Positions 59,066 through 64,000 of a stretch of DNA of 64,000 nucleotides are shown here, piece by piece (the stretch's first letter is position 1; every line of letters begins with the position of its first letter). A program made the translations under genes and the position numbers. The DNA comes from a virus (Duplodnaviria > Caudoviricetes), in the IMG/VR virus record IMGVR_UViG_3300032007_000052, positions 30,033 to 94,032 of that record; one strand, 5' to 3'. The notes below the pieces were generated by a model. That model saw only the letters and a list, made by a program, of their open reading frames with translations. It did not search any database and was not told the DNA's origin.

Positions 59066-59431
59066 ATGACGGGAATATTTAAAACTGGAAGTTTCGCGGA
59101 AATGATGAGCAGTGAGCAAACCGACTTTACAAATGATGGGAAATGTTCTGGATGTGGAAGCTGCTGTACTGCTCTTTTGCCTATGACGGATTATGAACTT
59201 ATTCAACTTAAAAAATATGTCAAAGAAAACAATATAGAGGTATGTCATCATGGAGGGGGAAATTGCATTGATATGGTTTGCCCGTTTTGTGATTTAGCAA
59301 AAGAAAAAGATAAATGCAGAATATACGAAGTTAGACCGAGAGTATGTAGGACATATATTTGTTCAAAAAGGGTTGATAAAACATTTCCCAAAATGTACAA
59401 GTTAAGAAATCTATGGATGGAATTCAGGTGA
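59066..59431 (+). CDS. YkgJ-family CxxCxxCC protein
   Basis: CSGCGSCC, CPF, C.IYEVRP.VCR. Confidence 0.85.
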   Translation: MTGIFKTGSFAEMMSSEQTDFTNDGKCSGCGSCCTALLPMTDYELIQLKKYVKENNIEVCHHGGGNCIDMVCPFCDLAKEKDKCRIYEVRPRVCRTYICSKRVDKTFPKMYKLRNLWMEFR

Positions 59432-60157
59432 GGCGAATATGATTGATTTAGAGGATATAAAACAAAGATTTAAAAATCATGTGGCTAAATTTTCTGATTA
59501 TGGGGATATTAAAGTTTTAGATTTTGGGGTTCCTGGATGTTCAAATTGGAGAATAAGATTTCTTTTCGAAGAAGATTATTACAGGCTACATATATCTGGA
59601 GATATCGGTGAACTTATTGCTTATAATTGTAATAATATGACGTGGAAAGGTTTTAATGACTTTGTTGATAATCCAGAATATTTCAAAGAGAAAGTTCGTA
59701 CAATGAGTCAAGATATGTATGAGTATGACGAAAGAAAAGCCGAGGAAGACTTGTATAAAAAACTTATTGACTGTGAAATTGAATATGACTTGTCAATGTA
59801 TAATTCTCAAAGAGAAGCAATAGAAGAAATAATTGAAAAAGTTATGACGGACTTTGACGATCGCTATGGTATAGGTACTAGAGGTCAGGAGATTTTAGAA
59901 GATTTTGACGATACTTGTTGGGAATACATTAAGTATGTTGGAAGATGTGAAACAGATTGGATTAGGATATATTTGTTGGCATTCAAATTAGCGAAAAGTC
60001 AATTAGGTGAAAGAAAATGGTTGGAATAACAATGGAACAGGCCAGAGAACTTATGAGATTAACTAGGGTGAGGTAAACATTCGGATGCGTTAGTAAAAGA
60101 AACAAAAATAAGTATCGGAGAAATAGAAGGAACCATGCACGATGATTCCTTCTAATG

Positions 60158-60550
60158 TCATAGATGTAATTGGGTTTTTAAGGCATCTTGGAGTACTTGA
60201 GAAAAGTTGATTCCTGATGCAATCGCTGCGTCGTTTAACCAGGATGGAATAGATAATGTTTTTTTGACAGATGCATTGTTCAAAACCTTGCGATATTTCA
60301 TTGTATCAGCTTGAATTAGAGTTAAAAATTCATCATTTTTAATTTTGATGTTATTGATTGAAGATGGTGATTTTATAGGCAAATGTGAATCCTCTAATTC
60401 TACTAACATCAAATTAAGTGCGTCTTGTGCCATTTCAATTGAATCTTGTAAAGTGTCGCCACAAGTAAAACATCCTTCAATATCAGGGAAGGAAACAGAA
60501 TATCCACCGTCTGATTCTGGCGAAAATAATGCGGGATAAATGTATTTCAT
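60158..60550 (-). CDS. hicB: HicB antitoxin
   Basis: YPA.F....GGYSVSFPD..GC.T.GD, VKKTLSIP.WL, INFSQVLQ. Confidence 0.93.
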   Translation of the reverse strand: MKYIYPALFSPESDGGYSVSFPDIEGCFTCGDTLQDSIEMAQDALNLMLVELEDSHLPIKSPSSINNIKIKNDEFLTLIQADTMKYRKVLNNASVKKTLSIPSWLNDAAIASGINFSQVLQDALKTQLHL

Positions 60551-60579
60551 AAATAAAATCCTTTCTAAAGGAACAGGAC

Positions 60580-60771
60580 TCAGATGAGTCCTGCTGCTTT
60601 ATAAATGTTGTTAGCAGTTTTGGTTTTGACTTCTTTAGAAGGGTGACGAGGAATTTGAAATTTTTTTCCAGTGTTGGGATTAATCCAAATTTCGTGGTTA
60701 GTGCCTTCTCTAAAGAAATGGCAATTAGTCTTTTTTAGAATAAGCCTTTTAATTTCTGATGCAGTTGCCAT
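60580..60771 (-). CDS. hicA: HicA toxin
   Basis: REGTNHEIW.NP.T, IPRH. Confidence 0.92.
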   Translation of the reverse strand: MATASEIKRLILKKTNCHFFREGTNHEIWINPNTGKKFQIPRHPSKEVKTKTANNIYKAAGLI

Positions 60772-61584
60772 AATACCTCCTAACGATTATAATATATACG
60801 TAATAAATACGTATGTCAAATGAAAGAGAGAAAAGATTATGACTGATAACGAAGCTAGAAAGATATTAGAAGAATATGTTTTCAACATTACTCATGTAGG
60901 CGAATTGAGCGATGCAATATCTCATGTGCTTAGTAATTGGAAACCAGTAAGTAATGTTGCAACAAAGGGTGAAGCAATAGAGAAGATATTGAATGTGGAT
61001 AGAGATTGCGTAGATGTTCATGGGGAAAATAACACTATGACATTTACAGTTACACAAGAATGGTGGAATAGTCCTTTTAACAATTTGTGTGATACTAACC
61101 CGTTTAATGATAGTCGCTTTGGAGTAAAATAAATGAACAATATAGATAGAAAAATATTAAACATTCTGTTCGTTATATGTATGTTAGTTGCTTCGGCCTC
61201 AATTGCAATTGTTTGTGATAGGGCATACTTAGCTGTGATTCTCCCTTTATGGGTATGTTCAGGATACTTTAAGGGATCGGCGGATGCGAGTGTAAGAACA
61301 TGGAATAGGGATAAGCAACTGTTAAATACGCAAAATAAATATATAAAAGATTTGGAAAAAGAATTAGTCGAAAAAACTAGGGAAATTGAAAACTTCAAAA
61401 AGAATAGCAGACAAAAAAATGAAGATAACAAAAGATGACTTAGAAAAGTTAGAAAAGAAAATCGGATATAGAGGATGTAAAAATTGCAGTCAGCAAATTT
61501 CTCCACTTAGATCATGCAAATGGTTATAAAATGGTGGAGATGGTAGATTGCATCTAATATGTCCAAAATGGGAAAGGGAGAAAT

Positions 61585-63018
61585 ATGGCAGTATTAACAA
61601 GAACACTAGAAATGATTCCGATAGGGGATAAGGCAGAAAGAGATAGAATATATACTTGGATAAGGTCATTTATGGACGCTCAGTCTAAAATGATGAATCA
61701 ATATATGTCAGCTTTGTATATTGCTGCAATACAAGAGATATCAAAAGAGGATAGACAGGAATTGAATAAGCTTTACAATCGTATTCCTACGTCAAGTAAG
61801 GGAAGTGCGTTTGATAAAGAAATAGAGCTTCCTAAAGGCTTGGGCGCGGCCTATGGACAGACTGTAAGAGCAGACTTTGATACGTCGTGCGAAAATGGTT
61901 TATTGCATGGGCGAGTAGCGCTTCCTACATACAAGAAAGATTATCCTATCATTATTCCACCTTTGTATGTGCAGCTTAGGAAAGTAAATCAGGAAACCAA
62001 AGGGAAAAACTGCGGTTTTTATGAAGAATATGACAGCTATAATGATTTGTATGATGCTTTGACGCAAGGAGAACCGGAGATTTTTTGGAGTTTTGTTGAT
62101 AAAATGATATTCAAAATCCGGTTCGGAAATCCGTATAAATCAGCATTCCTGAGAAGTGAGATTTTACACTTTTTAGAGGGCGAATATAAAGCAATGGGAT
62201 CTAGTTTGTCAATAAATAACAAGGGCAAGATTATCTTGTCGTTGACTATGGAAATCCCTGAAAAGAAAGTGAAGCTTGATGAAAACACGGTATGCGGTGT
62301 AAGTCTTGGATTTATGCATCCGATTGTTTGCTCGGTAAATAATAACTTTTATAAAAAAGAATTTATTGGAGATTATGATGTTTTTGTTCATACAAGGGTA
62401 AGACTCCAGGAACAAAGGAGAGAACTCCAGAAGAAGTTAAAATATGCTTCCTCAAGTCATGGAAGAGTTAAAAAACTTCGTAAATTAGACATACTTAGGA
62501 AGAGGGAAGCTAATTTTGCAAAAACTATGAATCATAAAATGTCTAGTGATATAGTCAAGTTCGCGGTTAAAAACGAGGCTAAATATATCAATATGCAAGA
62601 CTTAACTTCGTTTGGTAAGGATAATCGAGATAATATTAAAAGCGGTTATGAATTTGCACTTCGTAACTGGTCTTATTTTCAATTACAACAAATGGTAACT
62701 TATAAGGCTGCTACATACGGTATCGTGGTTAGGAAGATTTCTAACGATAATTTGAGCGATACATGCTCGATATGTGGCGCGGAAGGCATCATAGAAGATG
62801 GAGCTTTTATTTGTTCTGATCCTAATTGTCTATCGCATGATAAGTACGAGAAGGCACGTAAGAACGGGAAAGGTAATTACTACTTCAATTCTGATTTTAA
62901 CATTTCTAGGAACGCGTCGATTTCGGAAAATTTTACAACCAAAAAAAGAAAGTCTAAAGCGGAGAAAAAGGAAGAAAGAAAAGCTAAAAAAGAGAAAGAA
63001 AACCTAGACAAAACCTAA
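61585..63018 (+). CDS. Cas12f-like protein with inactivated RuvC (S240, Q338; D437 retained)
   Basis: G.VALPTYKKDYP, GVSLG (for GVDLG), NHKMS, INMQDL (for INMEDL), RNWSYFQLQQM..YKA, CSIC..C, NSDFNISRN; adjacent tracr and array. Confidence 0.85.
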   Translation: MAVLTRTLEMIPIGDKAERDRIYTWIRSFMDAQSKMMNQYMSALYIAAIQEISKEDRQELNKLYNRIPTSSKGSAFDKEIELPKGLGAAYGQTVRADFDTSCENGLLHGRVALPTYKKDYPIIIPPLYVQLRKVNQETKGKNCGFYEEYDSYNDLYDALTQGEPEIFWSFVDKMIFKIRFGNPYKSAFLRSEILHFLEGEYKAMGSSLSINNKGKIILSLTMEIPEKKVKLDENTVCGVSLGFMHPIVCSVNNNFYKKEFIGDYDVFVHTRVRLQEQRRELQKKLKYASSSHGRVKKLRKLDILRKREANFAKTMNHKMSSDIVKFAVKNEAKYINMQDLTSFGKDNRDNIKSGYEFALRNWSYFQLQQMVTYKAATYGIVVRKISNDNLSDTCSICGAEGIIEDGAFICSDPNCLSHDKYEKARKNGKGNYYFNSDFNISRNASISENFTTKKRKSKAEKKEERKAKKEKENLDKT

Positions 63019-63033
63019 CAAAAATGATAAAAT
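63005..63033 (+). promoter_or_regulatory. sigma-A-type promoter for tracrRNA/array
   Basis: TAGACA-17bp-TAAAAT with extended TG. Confidence 0.65.
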
Positions 63034-63036
63034 ATA

Positions 63037-63176
63037 AACCGTCTCAAGCCATTAAAGCTTGTATAGCCAATGATGCAAACGAATAGAAGTTGCACGACTA
63101 AACAAGCGACGGTAGGTTTGACTGCCAAAAGGTGAGGCTATAAAGCACTCACTAAAGCCTTGGAAATAAATTTGAG
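63037..63176 (+). ncRNA. putative tracrRNA/leader
   Basis: segments complementary to the repeat: aaccgtctcaagc (63037), loop gtttga (63116), gccttg..taaattt (63157-63173). Confidence 0.7.
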
Positions 63177-63719
63177 GTTTGAGACGGTTGAAATTTAACA
63201 AGGTTCTCAAACATTTTATGCGCATTTACAAAAAGGCATCCAGTTTGAGACGGTTGAAATTTAACAAGGTTCTCAAACTTTAGTAGCAATAATTGCAGAG
63301 CAGTTAATGTTTGAGACGGTTGAAATTTAACAAGGTTCTCAAACATGATATAGATGAAGTGTCAAATATATTTGTTTGAGACGGTTATAATTTAACAAGG
63401 GTCTTAAACATGAGATAAGTGATCCTGACAGAACTGATAAGTTTGAGACGGTAGTAAAATGCAAGGTTTTCAAACTCGGTTAGGTGCTCAACGAAGAAGG
63501 TCTAGTTTGAGACGTGTGTAAAAAGACAAGGGCCTCAAACTGGCTTACAGGATTTGATGTTTCATTCCTTGTTTGGGATAGATTACAAGGTTCTCAAACA
63601 GGTGCGGTTATTCTTTTTGCAAAAATGCAAGGCCTCAAACAAGGATACTTATTTAATTATAGATAGCCAGTTGGTTGAGTTAGGCATCAAACTGTAAGAA
63701 GGTGTTTTAGGCATCAAAC
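63177..63719 (+). CRISPR. CRISPR array: 36-bp repeats, 29-31-bp spacers, degenerating rightwards
   Basis: GTTTGAGACGGTTGAAATTTAACAAGGTTCTCAAAC at 63177, 63243, 63309; variants at 63374, 63441, 63505, 63571; remnants ending tcaaac at 63640, 63692, 63719. Confidence 0.95.
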
Positions 63720-63839
63720 GGCCAGAACGTTTTACATGTATATGATTATTAAAAAGCATTAAAATGATATAGTTTGATGTGTTGACACATTAAATATTGA
63801 CAACATATACTAAAAATAGAGAAAGAATAACTTAGAATG

Positions 63840-63867
63840 GAAGTAACTGTGTGTTACTTCTTTTTTT
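63840..63867 (+). terminator. intrinsic terminator after the array
   Basis: gaagtaac-tgtgt-gttacttc followed by T7. Confidence 0.8.
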
Positions 63868-63873
63868 GTCACA

Positions 63874-64000
63874 AAAACCTAGACAAAACCTAACAAAAAT
63901 GATAAAATATAAACCGTCTCAAGCCATTAAAGCTTGTATAGCCAATGATGCAAACGAATAGAAGTTGCACGACTAAACAAGCGACGGTAGGTTTGACTGC
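63874..64000 (+). repeat. exact copy of promoter + tracrRNA (62999-63125)
   Basis: 127 bp identical up to the window end. Confidence 0.92.

Noticed and set aside
63213-63308. Spacer 1 reads FYAHLQKGI (Cas3-HD or M23-like); spacer 2 reads LVAIIAEQL (ACP-like)
   Set aside because: Too ambiguous to assign without a search.
1-64000. tRNA/rRNA, reverse transcriptase/DGR, cas1/cas2, or a sigma-factor partner next to dCas12f
   Set aside because: None recognised in this window; they could lie outside it.

Overview
AT-rich segment of a large temperate phage or phage-plasmid of a Clostridia-type (Lachnospiraceae-like) host; host assignment is inferred from gene content. From left to right it holds: a lysis module (holin, GH25 endolysin); a Gln/Gly/Cys-rich cassette of unknown function; a leftward block (tyrosine recombinase, FtsK, type I toxin-antitoxin, polyvalent-protein domains); a TerS-like gene; a long array of small accessory genes joined by a recurring linker; two IscB elements, one with a CRISPR mini-array fused to its omegaRNA; BrnTA and HicAB; three DNA methyltransferases each broken at a G9 tract (one with an intein); TerL; a replication initiator, ParABS and PhoH; and a TnpA/TnpB IS605 element. 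The top candidate for a new system is at the right end: a Cas12f-like protein with two RuvC catalytic residues substituted (D->S, E->Q), its own promoter and tracrRNA, and a type II-like CRISPR array. Several spacers translate to motifs resembling restriction enzymes (HsdR WLTGFDV; DUF262/GmrSD-like motifs). This suggests an RNA-guided, CRISPRi-style anti-defence system. Family and motif assignments come from recognition, not database searches.
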